From positions 4,154,001 through 4,218,000 of the forward strand of contig JAYWIR010000013.1 in assembly GCA_036172245.1 (NCBI GenBank): a DNA stretch of 64,000 bases. Direction: 5' to 3'. Source of the DNA: Raillietiella orientalis (taxonomy: Eukaryota). The notes beneath the pieces were generated by a model. The model was not told the DNA's origin and searched no databases. It saw only the letters and a program-made list of their open reading frames with translations. Below, piece by piece: positions 13,600 to 27,030 of this stretch (position 1 is its first letter; each line of letters starts with the position of its first letter). A program made the translations under genes and the position numbers.

Positions 13600-14050
13600 G
13601 AGGTGTACGGAATGACATCTCACAAGCCGTGTGACGGGTTCGCGATCCGAAAGTCGGCCTCGTCCCTTTGCCTCAAGCAGATGCTTCCGTGCAGCGCTCG
13701 GGTTCGTAGACCAGCAGGGACTTGACTACGATCCCTTTTCCTGCTGAGGGCTCCCTCATCCAGGAGTTCTGACCAGCATGACTCGTAGCATGGGAATTCC
13801 AAGGGAATGTCTTCCTCGAAAAGGACGCCAATGAAACGCTCGTTCAGAACCGCAGGCGATTGCAGGAATGATTCGGAAGAATTGGCGTCCTGCCCTTGGG
13901 AGGAGTGCGAAGAAAAAAAATTTGGTCATCGAAGCCGAGCCAAGGGCTGTAAACAACGAGTTGTAATGACGGCTTGCAAGTCAGCCAGCCCACGGTTCCG
14001 ATCAAAGTTGGGTTCGTGCTCCTGCGCGTGCTCTTGGAGATGCTGCTCCC
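13600..14050 (+). pseudogene. Decayed LDL-receptor class A repeat fragment
   Basis: PCDGF..., ECLP...GDCRNDSEELASCPWEECEEKKF (cf. CDGxxDCxDxSDE..C...F.C). Confidence 0.4.
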
Positions 14051-17000
14051 GCTTATAGCCACGCTCTGTCCCTTCCTTCCTGTTCGTCCGAAACGACCCT
14101 TGAGGTGGGAACAGTGAGGGAGGTAGAAATGAAATGGAGGTTCTCCAGGAAGCAATCAACGCAACGTGTTTATTGATGCGCGTAGTGTACAAGTATCGGA
14201 AGCTGCAGGATGCACACGCCTCGTGGACCATGAAGCGCTGTGGTTTCGAGACGCAGCTGCTGGTCACGGAACCCTCAGGTACGGAGATCGATCAGTTTGC
14301 CTCAGTTCATTTTTGCCATCTTTCTTATAGATCGCGGCAGCTTAGGGTTTGTGCCCTCTGGCGAGACAGTGTGATTCCAGCTCTCAACCGCGAGGGAGGA
14401 AGTCATACTTGTTGGTGAGGGTCTTCCTTATCTTTTGAGCGAGTGCTGAAACCCACCACTCTGTTCCTGGAGCGTATTGGCTGCCGGAATGCATAGGAAA
14501 TCAAATTGGAACCCTCTGAAACGCATCGAAAGAGGGAAGCCCGTGTCCGCACTGGTTTTGCCGTTTGGTCTTTCCTCTCTTTTGCTTATAAGAGCCACGT
14601 GGGAGGAATTCATGGCTGGACACTCGAGTTCCGTCCGCAAAGCATCTTACACCCGCGAACTTGATGCGGAGACGACTATTCTCTCCAAGGCTCTCAACTT
14701 TCAGTTTCTTCGTAATATTTTTGGGTTCCCCACTGAAGCCATTTACTATGGACGGATGCGGTCTTGAAGGGTTCGGATTGCGCACTTGAGAGTAAAAACC
14801 CATCGACATACACACATACACGCTCTTCCTTGCTGTCTTGGAGACGCAGCCTCATTATCGCCTCCTTGCAGAATAGAGGTCACCATTGTCATATCACCCG
14901 TCGCCGTTTATTGCATTTTTCCAGAAGGAGCGCTTCCCACATGTTGTGCATGTGGGAAGCGGTCCTGGGGATTCTGAGAGACCGGGTTCCTGAAAGTTTC
15001 TGGTGGAAACTCCAGTCGTAAACGATCTCTTTCAACCTTCCCCTCCGCATACCCTCTTGCTTGGGGCGTTTACTGAGCTATTTATTTCCGGAAAAATTTT
15101 CGCATACTGTAAAATCATCTGCAGTCTCCCCATCTGTTGATTACGAGCTTCAGTCCTCATCTCATAAGCTCTCTTTTTCGTAGGTTTCGGTTTCCTCCGA
15201 AACGGCTCTGCTCGTCGATTTTCAGCAAACTTCCATCATTTCGGAGAACAGCGACGAAACGCTTCTTCCCGGCAACGTCGCTAGGAAACGGCACGATAAG
15301 CCTTTGAGGCTTCATCAAAACAACCCGAACTTTCCCGGCTGATTAGCTGGAGAGGCACCCGCCTCCGTGTAATCTACCGGAAAGGCGAGAGGCAATTCGT
15401 GCTGCAGATCCGTGGACCGCAAGTTGCAGAAAACGCAGGGCTGCCGTCCTTTATCTCGGCCAGGGTGGTGGATCCCGTGGATTTGACGAAGCATGGCGAA
15501 TAATGACACTCCTTGATCCACAAACGGGAAACTTTGTGTGGAGATAGTTTAGTAAGCTCTGGAGCGACAGGGCTTTAAGAGCAGCGTCAGCAGCTTGCTC
15601 TGTGTCTCTAGGATTCCTCAAAGTCCAAACTAAATGCCAAGAAGGTTCCTTCCTCGGGAGAAGGAAAGACGGTTACAGGAACGAGGTTTCCATGGCAGTT
15701 TAAGCAAGAAAGCGAAGAGCGGCACTTCCAGAGACGAACACCCATGGTCTACTCTACAGGCTACCTGGACTGAAGATTCACTGCAAAGGACCTGCTCTTC
15801 GGCACGTGTTTCCATCCAGTTCCAATCCTGTTCCATCCACCTAAACTCATCTCACAGCCGCATGAAGAACTCAGCTCAAAGAGCGAATCGGATCTTCTCC
15901 CAAATCACCAGCGTGATTACGGGCACCTCGGGGAACGCCTACTACAAGATGACACTAAAATGGAGCATCAAGATGCTGGATTGAAGGAAGCATCAGTAGC
16001 AGAGGTGGCGAGTTAAGTATTTGCGCGCAAAACTGCGCGTTTCGTTCACCTGGAAAGTGCGCTCATCCGGATCAGGATGCATTTCGTCGCATGTACGTTC
16101 AATTGACAAAGAATGAAATGTACTTACATCGAAGTGTACACCTTCGCCGTAGACGACACTAGGAATGTTTAAGAAAAAGAAACACAGGTCAGGTTGGGCT
16201 GAGTTAGGGTGTTGACCTAACCTGAGTTTCAGGCTGTTGGGTAACACCACAAATGTGGAAAATATGTACAAATACTGAGATTGTGTAATACAGCAGTGGT
16301 TACAGCAGAAGCGGTTGCAGCAACTCGTAAAAAAAGAGGATCTCATTTGATCTCGTTATCAAGCCAGAAAGGTGTTTCCAAGATCGAAGCATTGCTCCTT
16401 GCAAAAAGAAAATAAAGTCCTATGCGATGCATTCTTAATCTCAGTTGCCTCTCGACTTTTATGAAGAAACCTTCTTAATGGACTACCTGGAACCCTCTGA
16501 GCCACCACAATGTGGCCGTCCAGAAGGAAATTTTTCGAAATAGATGCTTTTAGGTGGATAACAGTAATGCCTCAACAGAGACAATCAGCACCGATGGAGT
16601 TACGATAGGAAGGCTGTTTGCATTTGCTTCTAGAGGGTGTTTAGTGACCATCCAACCACTCTGCAGAATAAAGCTGACTTCAGAGAACTCCCACGCACCT
16701 AAAGTCAATCACATACTCTTCCATTCTTCCAATCTCCTCAGTTACATGTCGATACTCCTTACCGACAACCTTGCTGCTATCAGTAACGACGGAGCATCAA
16801 TGCAAAACCAGCTCAGCGGCTTTGCTCCTTCTATCCAGCTTCCCTCCTCCCATCGGATCCTTTCGCCCACTGTCACTCGTAGTCGAACCGGAAGCCTAGT
16901 CCGAAAGCACTCTTCCTCGCTCCGCCAATGCCTGCTTGAATTCCTCCATCTCCTCTCCGGAAGAGCAGCGCCAACGCAGCGAAAATCGCTCCAGGCCCTT

Positions 17001-18479
17001 CCAATGCATTGAACTGCACCTGACCCAGAGTCGGAACGGATGATTTGCATTCGCGTGTTTAGCGAGGCACGTGGTTGAAGCTCACAGCTGAGCCTGAAGA
17101 ATGCTGACCTTCATCATCACGCGCTTGTGGGATTGCCTTCGAAACAAGATGCGCGGACCATTAGCATCTCTTGTACGTGGTTCGAGGATGGACCCATCTT
17201 AATGGATCGCATAGCTGTGGATTCGAAGTGTGGAGCGTTTCGGCTCTGCCCACTGCCGGGATGCCGACGTACGAAAAAAAGCAAGCAGCTCAGAGACAGC
17301 TCACACCATTGGATGGAAGGTGCACGAAAGACCTACTGAGAAAGGAAGCAAATCACCATTAGGGTGACCTGGGGATCTTTGGAAATAAACTTGAAGCTTC
17401 AGAAGAAGAACTTGGGCAAAATAAAAACCTCAAGGAAGAGAAAAACCAACGAATCATTCTTGAGGTATTCGTGAGTGTGTAGAAAGGCACGATCTACAAA
17501 AGAAAAGTGTCTTGTCTCACCTGGCGACCTCGGAGACGTACTGAAGCCCCCTCTTTTTGCGGAGCGCCAGCTGCCTCGGTGGCAGCGCTCTGCTGTCTGC
17601 GCGGTGCCTTCGCAGCGCTTAAGATGCAAGGCCGAGAGAGGACACGGAAGCCAATCTCTTCTCAACCCGGTTCCCGGGGAGAGCGCTGGTGGGGTGGACC
17701 CACCTTGGAAGACAGAGAATAGGGTCCCTCCCCCCCCCTTGTCCCACAGAAACGGAAAACACGCGGAAAGACAAAAGCGAGAGTCTTGAACGAAATTCCC
17801 ACCTGCAATCTTCCTGGGGCCTCGAGAACTGCATATACTTCACCATTCGCTCGTTTCACCCCACGTAGTCCACGTGCAAAAAAAAAGGAGAAAGAACTGT
17901 CATCTGAAGTTGTGTGATCGCTTCCTCTCCTTCTGAGCAGCCTGTTGGATGAGTTACCCTTTTCTTGCTTTCCTCGATGCACCATTTTCTTCCACTCCCC
18001 ATAGGTTGAGGTGGATCTTCCACTTTTCATCTGCCCGCAATTGGCTGGAAAGAAAGTCACTTCCGGGAAACAATTGCCTCGTTACTCGTTCCTATTTGTG
18101 AGCATTGTCTGCTGCTTTCGAGGGTGGGATTTACACAAGAAATTTAATCTTCACAAATTTGCAGGTGATGGTGAGGGATGCTCATCATCCCACCTCGGGA
18201 ATGATTTCAGCGTCATACGGGCAAAGTCTCTTTCCGATCTCATAACTGCCCTGAAGGCTTCCTCAAGACCAGATGCCGAAGAAAACTAAAAGGGCTTAGG
18301 CTCTTTCAGAAGAGACGGAGGGATACTGGCAACCAAGGGAGAACAGTCTTCGAATGCCCCTGATCGATTTTCATCTTCCCTTGGAAAAAGCAGATTCTTC
18401 TGAGCAAAGGCCATCTCAAGAACTGCCCGCTTTAAAAATTCGAGTTCTCACCTAGAGACGAACCGAATTCCAGGACGTG

Positions 18480-18640
18480 AGACCCCCCCTGCTGATTAAG
18501 ACTCCAGTACTCCTCTTCGAAGAACGCCTCGAGAGTGGCTGCCGTTGGGCACACAGGCAGCAGAGGAAGCAAGTCGTCGGCTACGCTGCCCGCCACAACG
18601 TTGGCGCATCATTGGAATTCGACAGGAGTCAGGCTGGGTC
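18480..18640. repeat. Dispersed repeat of unknown coding origin, copy 1
   Basis: gctgat..ttcgaagaacgc..cacaggcag.agaggaagcaagtc..cgttggcgcat recurs at 23200-23340 in the same orientation. Confidence 0.8.
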
Positions 18641-18844
18641 AAAGCACAAAGAACACCTAAAAGTGCATCCTCACCTACATCACCTCTACGCCTCACCTCA
18701 TCCTGCATCCGTTACTCCTTTGACTATGGCATCTGGCGCTCAAGTTAGTTTCAAGAAGATTTCTCTTGCAGCACCCTTTATTTGTTCATGTTTAATAGCT
18801 TTTCCAAAAGCCTTTGGCGGTTGTGATGCATGGGCAGAGCGACG

Positions 18845-20810
18845 GTGCCTGAGAACGAGCGAGCTGGTGAATGACGTCACTTCTTAGTCCCAGGCGAACG
18901 GAACTCTTCGGTGGAGCGAACTCTCGAGTGCGCCACTTGAAGAACTCGCGGACCCTCTTTTGTGTTTGGACACTTCCATGTCCCACTTGAGGTGAAAACA
19001 CGGCGTTCTTCTGCTTCCCCACTGGAGGGTTACCCATGCAATCAGAGTTGATCCCCTTGGCTACTAGGGAGTTGCATCCCGAAACTACTCAAGGTGCGGG
19101 ACGATCGGATCGCTCCCTCACCTGTTGCAGGACTGTGGCGCCGTCCACGAACAGCGGCAGACACTAGCAACAGCGCTCCTGCACGAAGAGGACACTGCCA
19201 AAGGCTTGGCAGTACCCCTCGGTATGCGGCCGTACGCAGCGCACAGGGCGTACTCGCTGTTGTTAAACTCGAGAGGTCTGATGACTGCGCTGCTCGGCAG
19301 AGTGGGCATAATGGTCCACCATCGACCCAACATGGCGGAGAAAACAGCAACTAATAAGGAAAGAACAAATCAAGATCATCCCGAAAAGCAAAGAACTCTG
19401 GCGAAAGGAATCCATCCTGGTTATCCCGTGGATGCTCCGCGTGCAAGATGACACCAGGAGCTGGATACGCCAGCGGTCCAGAGTTACTTTGAAAGCCACT
19501 GAGACATGGAGACCTCAGCGATACCTACACCATTCCAGGGTGCTCCGTTACGTCCAAAGGATCTCTGGCAGCTTCACCCATAGGACCCGCGAAGTGTGGA
19601 AAAACCATAACGACTTCGCGTGGTCCAGGATAACCAAGAACAACCTACGCCGACTAATAGTCGAGGAACAAGACACCAGTGCCCTCCAAGAAGCCGACGA
19701 CCACCACGCCAGCAGTCGATTTAATCCACTAGCGATTGGGACGATGCTCTGGCGGAATGATCTGCCACAGGACACTCAGGTTAACCTCCTTATGTTTTAC
19801 CATGGTGGCATCCTGAGTGGATCCAGAATGAAGTTTTTCACGGGCAAAAGGGAAGAAATCTGCAGAGCATGTGGTGGCATCGATACAAGACGTCATGTTT
19901 TGGTCTGCCCCACATTGCAAACCGAGTGGTTTACCCTTAAAAGGGTCATCGGGCTGCTTAATGACTCGGCCATGGCGGTCTTGGCAGGGATGTTCCAAGG
20001 AAATGGAACTGTTCCCTGCTATAACCCAGTGGTAAGAGTGACCATCGCCCTCTTCATCACCGCCATCCTTGTGCGGTGGTGGCAGATGAACACCACCAGG
20101 ACTGCCGTATCTTCGATGGACATCCTGAAAGGGCTTATCCAGAAGGAGATCGGCGTCAGAAACTGCGGAATAGTGCAGGCCTGGAACTACCGTCACATCC
20201 TGAGAAGGATTGAAGGCAGCATCTAGGCTCAAACGACGCTCAGGTGAATAAGTGCTCTTTTCAGAGACCCAAAGAAGTAGACTCCAAGCGCTTAATTGTG
20301 AAGTGCAGTGAAGTTATTGTGCAATTTGTATGAATGAGATTGTAGTGTGAATGAAAAGTAAATAAATTCACCCTACCCCTTGTGGGCGTGACGGGATGAT
20401 TCTGCTTGTGCGGCGGATTCTCTGCAGGTCCCTTGATTGCAGCGACGTGCTGCTTCCGCGCCATCTCCACGGTACTCCGTGTGCGGGCGTTTGGCGCGCA
20501 CACGGCGTACCGTGGCGAAGGGAGGACGCCCTCGCGGCAGCCGCCTGCATGAGGACGGCCGAGAGGTGGTCAAACCGGGAAGAAGAGAAGTCGTGCAGGA
20601 GATCCCCGGCATTCTGTACCGGTACTGGCCAGAAGGAGCGCCCGGTGCCAAAGAATCCTAGTCCTTACCCTTCATTTGTTTATTTATTGTCTCCTCCTTT
20701 TGCTCTTTGGACTGTTCCAGTAGCCAACCTGCGTGCCGGCGAACCCTCTCCTTGAAATTCCATTTTTTTTGTTTGGGGAGCGGCGTTTCCTCTTCCTTTA
20801 TTTTTTTCAA
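18845..20810 (+). mobile_element. 3' end of I-like non-LTR element A, interrupted by an insert at 19209-20390
   Basis: NYSRCGTIGSLPHLLQDC knuckle. An uninterrupted inverted homologue lies at about 51290-52066. Confidence 0.7.
19209..20390 (+). mobile_element. 5'- and 3'-truncated L1/Tx1-like LINE insert; open ORF2 C-terminal fragment 19432-20226 (zf-RVT-like)
   Basis: 264-aa open frame with CRACGGIDTRRHVLVC (CxxC..H..C). Homologous to 38220-39260 including the 3' UTR. Absent from the paralogous site at 51709/51710. Confidence 0.8.
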
Positions 20811-20829
20811 TGAACGTCCCCCCGGAGTG

Positions 20830-21529
20830 ACCAGGTGAAGAACTCTGCCCGAAAGGAAACCACGTTGCACTGGGTGACCCCATGCAACGCACGAGTCCGC
20901 CACTGGAAGAGGCGTGTTGCTGGTCCGGCCTGTGCCAGGCTCCTGGAACGGGAAACCTTCCCACACCTGTTGTTGGATCGTGTTGCCCTCCTGAGTGCCC
21001 GGGAACGCCTCTCTGCGGGGCCCTTCCGCTCCCCATGGGCAACGGCAGAGAGATCTTCGCTCGCTACGCGATGTCGCCAGCAGCTTCCCTCGCAGCTCGG
21101 TGCTGCCTTCGCGGATGGCGGCGTCGAGTAGCCGCACCGAGAGAGGTCAGTCGAACGGTGAGGTCGCCGCAGTCCTTCACAAGGAGGGAGGCGACAAGAT
21201 GGCACCGCCAACGAAAGGAGGAAGTTCGTCTGCCAATATCCTCCAGAGGCTGCTGAGGACACCAGGAAGAAATATGTGCTCCTTTCCCACCACTTGTCAA
21301 ACTGAACTTTCGTGTGTGTGTGTGTGTGTGTTTTTTTGTTTTTGTTACCCCTTCCCCACTCCCCCTGTGCCAAGACCTCATCGGGAAGCTGCTCACGAGA
21401 AGCAGCGCCTCCGAGGCATTTCCCTTCGTGGTGGTGATGTTGAAACCACTACGAAGGAAGGCATTTTTATATTTTATGTGACTGTTTTATGGGGTGAATT
21501 TTTCTTTTCAATAAATGTCCTTGCTTGAC
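20830..21529 (+). mobile_element. 3' end of I-like non-LTR element B with (GT)n and T-rich 3' UTR
   Basis: GPACARLLERETFPHLLLD knuckle remnant. Near-identical inverted copy at 50567-51270; diverged relative at 28710-29350. Confidence 0.75.
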
Positions 21530-22189
21530 CAAGTGAGAATAAAGGAAATCACGTAAAGCGCTTTCGTCTTGTGGAACTAGAAGAACGCAGAAATGTAGTT
21601 CAATCCCTGATACGAAAAACTCCTTCGGTCATGGGAAGTGAAAGCATCACCACTTTGCATTCACTTTCAGAATGCAGCAGAACGTGGTCAACGGCTACCT
21701 CGCGGCGGTAGCGTGAGAATAATTACTGTGCAAAAAGAGACTCACAAGAAGAAAAAGTACGGAACTTATGTGAGCTTCGGAGTTTGCAGGAACGCCTTAG
21801 GAATCCCTTTTCTTGTTAGTGAAGTCATATCAAAAGGATGCTGGAGCTGCTCGTTCGTGCTTCCAGTGCATCTCAAAGGGATCTGCGCTACGTTTCAAGC
21901 TCGGGCGCTTCTGACGAACGACGTTACGTACTGGAGCCCACGGAGGGGAAGAAGTAAGAAGATTTGAAATATTGTGGTGGCAGGCGACGAAGGCGATATA
22001 GAGGAGGGAAAAGAAAAAGCACCCGAACTGCGAGCCAACCATCATGGTGCAGCCAAAACGTTGGAAAGGATAAAAGCGCGATCGTCAGGTGCAAAAATCT
22101 ATTGCCAGTCATGGAGAACATTCCATCACCGCCAACGGCATGTTAAATTGTAAGTTCTGGAATCTGGATGACAATAATCCGACGGGCTC

Positions 22190-22780
22190 TTCCAGTAGCC
22201 CACCGTGTAAGTTCCTTCAGTTAACACTCGAAAGATCCAGGTGCCATTCACCTCAAGGACTTGTTGTTGCCGCATCAGGGTGCTGACCTCGGCACCCTGA
22301 CGTGTGATTAGGTGGAGCTGCAAGTGCAGTTGAGGACATTGGTCCTTCCTGACGAGTTGTGAAGTACCCCGTGTGTGCACCGGCATACCACATCCTCCGG
22401 CGTTGCGCACGCTACGAAAGATGCGCTTCCATGCTTCCGCGCGACTCACCAAAGATGTGGATAAGCTGCGGATGTCCCCTGAGGCGAATAATCCCAATGT
22501 CGTAGTGACATCGCTGGATCTCCTGCCATCTCGAAAAACTCAACTCTTGGACGCTTCTTACTGTGCAGAATACCGTGGAAACCTGGGTGTCCACCTTCCG
22601 GGTGACCTGAGAAGCACTTCTTTCCCTGAAGAAAGATCCAGGTGGCATTCGCCTCATGGACTTGGTGTTGACGGGTCAGGATGCTGACCCCGGCACTCTG
22701 ACGTTGGACAGGGAAGAGCTTCAAGTGCAGTTCAGGGCATTGGCCCTTCCTACTGAGTTGTAGAGTACTCCTCTGAGCAG
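22190..22780 (+). repeat. Two tandem diverged copies of an unidentified coding-like repeat
   Basis: gaaagatccaggtg..att..cctca.ggactt..gctgacc..ggcac.ctgacgt..caagtgcagtt occurs at about 22230 and 22630. A third copy is inverted at 31760-32030. Confidence 0.85.
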
Positions 22781-23199
22781 CATTTCCTTGAAAGAACCTC
22801 CACCGAATCCGAGAAAGCGGTCCCGATAGGCCGTCACACCCTATGCTGCAGCACTGTTCGCCCTACGAGATTGCGATAACAGTTTCTAGGAGGCAGGATG
22901 GTGGTCTCGTGTTTCGTAGCAAGAGAGGGAGCTGGTGGGGACGGGCCACACATCCCGTGTCCACGTTAAAGGACGACTCCGTTGGGCAGAATATCTGAGC
23001 ATTCTTCTGTCAGAGCTTGTGATCCCTTCTCTCTACCTGAACCGCTCTGTGCCCCACCTCACGTGACAGCACGAAAAGGGCTTTGCTGTTCATGAATGGG
23101 GCCTTTTAATTTACCCATGGGGGATTTCAAAAGTTCCCTCCTTGAAAATTCCGGTCCTCATCGAGAGGTTAATCAAGGTCCCGACCTTGGACTTTGTCG

Positions 23200-23340
23200 T
23201 GCTGATCAGGACGCCAGTGCCCCTGTTCGAAGAACGCTTTGAGAGTGATTGCTGGTGCTCTCACAGGCAGAAGAGGAAGCAAGTCATAGGAGTGAGAGGC
23301 CCGCCACACCGTTGGCGCATTAGCGGAGTTCCACTGGAGT
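23200..23340. repeat. Dispersed repeat of unknown coding origin, copy 2
   Basis: Homologous to 18480-18640; the ORF track shows PVLLFEERLES vs PVPLFEERFES. Confidence 0.8.
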
Positions 23341-23739
23341 CAGACTGGAGGGCGCCCGCACAGATTCAGCTCAAGTTCGAAGAGCAGACTGAAGAGCATC
23401 GGGTTCGGGCTATCTCACGGTCGGATTCCCCGTCCGATCTTCATGCTTTCGGCCTGGAGACCGCTGCGGAAGACGGAAGTTCTCACTTTGACCTCAGAGA
23501 GCGCAGGGGATCGAGAAGGCCGCTTGGCAAACCAAACCGTCATAGCGGTCTCAAAAGGATCTTCTTGTCGGCTCCGTCGCAAGCCGTTTCCTCGTCGGCT
23601 GCGCCAGCCGATGCTCCTTCCTCGGTAGTTGTCTTGAGCGAAACCTCCATGCAGCTTGTGCTGTCTCAGAAAGCGTCCGTGGCCTCTTGCTCGCGCGATT
23701 GGAACCCGGCTCAGGCATAAGGCAAGTCGGCATCCATGG

Positions 23740-26100
23740 TTCAACCCAGGTCTGTCTTAGGTCTGTTCCGAGCCAACTATCGATTCCACTCTTCCTCCCA
23801 ATTGTCGTGTTTCCTACCTGCTTTGGAGAACAATATTGAAGCACTTATTCCTGAGGGAGAGTGATGGCACGCCAGTTGCTCAGGTAGCGCGCCTGTTCCT
23901 TTATGGGTAGGAGACAACTATCTGGAGGAGGTCAGTCCTGTCTCCGGGATCAGCGGCACCAATTTGTGTGTGCCGGGCCCTCCAGTTCTACCTCGAGGAT
24001 TCCATACAAGTCTGCGGAAATCCATCCACGCCTGCTCAGTCCTGCTTGTGAGATGGCAGAAATTCCCGTGATGCGTTCCTCAGGTCAGATGGGAGTCTCC
24101 ACCAACAGCCCGCACGCAGGTCGCCTCGAGGAGCTATTGTGCGCTATCTCCGTCAAGGGGAGCGCGTCACATCCGGGAGGAACGCTTTCGTGCACGTTCC
24201 GGCGCACTTGGTCCTTTCGGAGTTTGGCAGGCACGCTGCACTCGGCTGCCAGGTTTGCCTCTCCGTCAACACAGAGCACTCCCTTCGGGGATCCTGGCAA
24301 CAGAATGCTTGCCAAAAGTGCTTCGCCTGGAGGTGGCCTTCCCTGCTCTTCTTCCTTCCAGCAAAGCGGAGAAAGGCGGAGAGGGAGCCGCTCCAGGAAG
24401 AGACCCATGAAACCCTTAAAGCCATTCGGGTCCCTCACGGAAGCTTCTTCTAGGAATTATTCTTTCCGCCTCCCCGATGCCTGATCCAATCATCAGGTAT
24501 CCTCGAAATCCTTGTTTCTGGGGCATTCCCAGAAGGAACCAGCTCAGTCGCCGATCCTGCGATGATCCTACGAAATGGACTGCACTCGTCTTCTTTGACC
24601 CATGCTCGAACGCAGGTGGTCGTCGACGAACACGTGGCCACCTCAGCTTCGTCTGCCAGCTGGCTCGTGGTGCGCGTCGCTGCACGCAACCCGTTGGCTG
24701 TTGAGGGCATTTTCGGAAAACAAGCTCCATCTGAACGCAGAAGTTCGCTGAAGTCCTGCTATGAGGCGAGATGCCCCGAGTCCGCTGCCTGCAGCCAGCC
24801 CTTCCGGAAGAGCCCACTCTCTTTCTGTAGGGCTGGTAGTTGCAGGGGGCGCGAACGTCCCTTATGATGAAATCGACCGTGACCGTGACCACTCCAATGC
24901 AAGCAGGTCTGCGTGACCTCCCTTTTCAAATCGGACGTTGCTCATCGCCCGCCTCATGCGTGGCTTGGAGAGGAACTCGACCCGCAGTCATGTGACAGGA
25001 AGCATTTCGCTTAAAGATTCCTCCTGAGAAGTGTTCGACCTCGCATATCACCCTCGTGGTGACTTTTGCATCTACCCTGCGGAAGCACGAGGTCGAAACT
25101 TCCCGGTGATTTTGCCGTCGCGCGCCTCTCTCTTGGTATCGTTCCACGAGCCGCTGACTTCCCATAAGGCCACATGGATCACGCGTGAAGACCCCACCAT
25201 TATCCCTGGGAATTTCCTTCTTTGCCTTCCTTTCCACGTGGCGGGACACGTCTTCAAGACTGCGATGGGGCCCCATGGCGCTGAAGTTCCTGGTCTCTGG
25301 GGAGCCATCCATTCTGTCTGCGTTCTTCCTCGCCATCTGAAGAATGTGGAAGCTGGACCGCTCTGCCTCTTCCAGCGCTGCTTCGAGGATACTCATATTT
25401 TCCCGACGCTACCTTTCTGCGCATCGTGTTCCTCCTATGGAATTCTGACAGCGGTCTGCTCTCAGGTCTTCACGATTGCCTCGAGACTGCGCACTCCATT
25501 TGTGGCCGGGCATCTCTGTATCCGCAGTCCGGATTCGGAGAGATTTCTTTCTCCTCCTACTGGAAACGTCTCCTCCTAGAGATCGTATCGCCTGCAGGTA
25601 AGGCAGTCAAATTTAGTCTCACTTTTTTCAACCTGTAGGTTTTCCGTGATGAAGGTCATCTCGAAAGCCGGGGTCGTTTCCATCAAGGACGTTGTCGTAC
25701 CTCGGTGTTTGCGGAGGACTTCAGATTTTCCTTCCACCGCAAGCTCCCTTTTCCTTCTTTCGGAGGGCGCGTTCCCTGTGGCGCGCCATCCACACGGACA
25801 TTCGGCCCTTGGTCTGTTTCGGGTACGGCCGTTCTTTTTTTCCGGCGCTCCCAACCGCCTGCGCCGAGCAGCCTCTTCATCCACCGCATTTCGGATAGGC
25901 AGCATGGTTCCCATGGAATTCTTTTGATTGCTTTCGTCTTGCAGGAGGTTCGTACGTAACATAACTGATCGCAGTAAATGCACTGAATCTTCGGACTCGA
26001 CTTCCTTCAGATATCCTGAAGGTTCACAGAAAAATCTGAACTTTCTCACGCAACACACATCGATGATGCAGTCCGTACGGTCTCGCTATCCGGCACTGTG
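23740..26100 (-). mobile_element. Decayed R2/NeSL-like non-LTR element: N-terminal zinc fingers plus RT domains 1-2
   Basis: Minus strand AECPCGW and KFDCLTCRRY (N-terminal fingers); downstream CLLPIKEQARYLSNWRAITL (cf. LIPK..SNWRPITL) at about 23860-23920. Confidence 0.6.
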
Positions 26101-26349
26101 TTCCAATCTTCCTTCTGAATAATTTAAAAGGGAAGTGGAGCACGATTTTTTTTTTCCAGATTGCGTGGACATTGTCGAATCGATTCGGCCACCACGGTAT
26201 CTTTTGACATGTCGATGGATTTATCACCCGGTCTCGCTGGGACGTTTATTCTTAAAAATAAAGTAAACATATATATGCAGGGCCATCGGCCCTACATAGT
26301 CCGAAAATGCTCGGAAACTGTCGAGTGACAGAACGCCGGCGAGGTTCGC

Positions 26350-27030
26350 CTAGGAAGCAAAGAGGGAGAGGACAAACAAAAGTAAAAATAAAACAGAAAA
26401 ATATATACAAAAAATTGGGAGGGGTAGGGAAGGAATCACTGTCCTCTGGATGCGTTCTCTGCATCCTTTCCAGGATGCTGGCAAGTTCCATCTGTGTATG
26501 TCCCAGGTGGGGCCATCTTGCTTCCATCCGCAGGAAGCGCAGGGCGAAGGGCAGATGGCGTCCCTATCGCGTCGTCCTCCCCTCGCGTAGCCCCAGGCCG
26601 CCACAATCCCACGCAGGCAGCAAAAAGCTGCTGGGGATGCGGAGGCGAAAGGGCACCGCTCATGAAGAGGCGCTTCAACACGTCCCTGAGATTGTCTTTT
26701 GATGGGCCGTTGCGTAACGGCACCAGAGGGGCCGGAGGGCAACACAGTCTACGAGCAGGCACAGGAGACCCCAGTGCAACAGCAGAAGTGCCCACTCCTG
26801 TCACTTCCAAGGGAGGGCCCGGTTGTTATTCAGTTCTGGGGGCCACTCGGGGTCTTCCCATGGGATTCTCAGTAGCTCGCCCCAGCTTAATAGTTCCTTT
26901 GGTGGAACACTTGGGATCGCGGCGTCCTTTAGCTGGTCCGTGGTCCAACCACTTAATCCCTTTGCTCTTCCTCCGATCTCACATCAGGTCTCCCATTTGG
27001 CGGGTCGGCTACTGCCCAGGTGCTCCCTGA
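26350..27030 (-). mobile_element. 3' end of non-LTR family X
   Basis: Shares caggtggggccatct, gcaacagcagaagtgcc and the T-rich tail with 56110-57130; the first motif and tail also with 3930-4620. Confidence 0.65.

Noticed and set aside
16600..17040. Ty3/gypsy gag remnant (ALEGP..EEFKQAL, minus strand)
   Set aside because: Two short motifs only; no LTR, pol or knuckle found.
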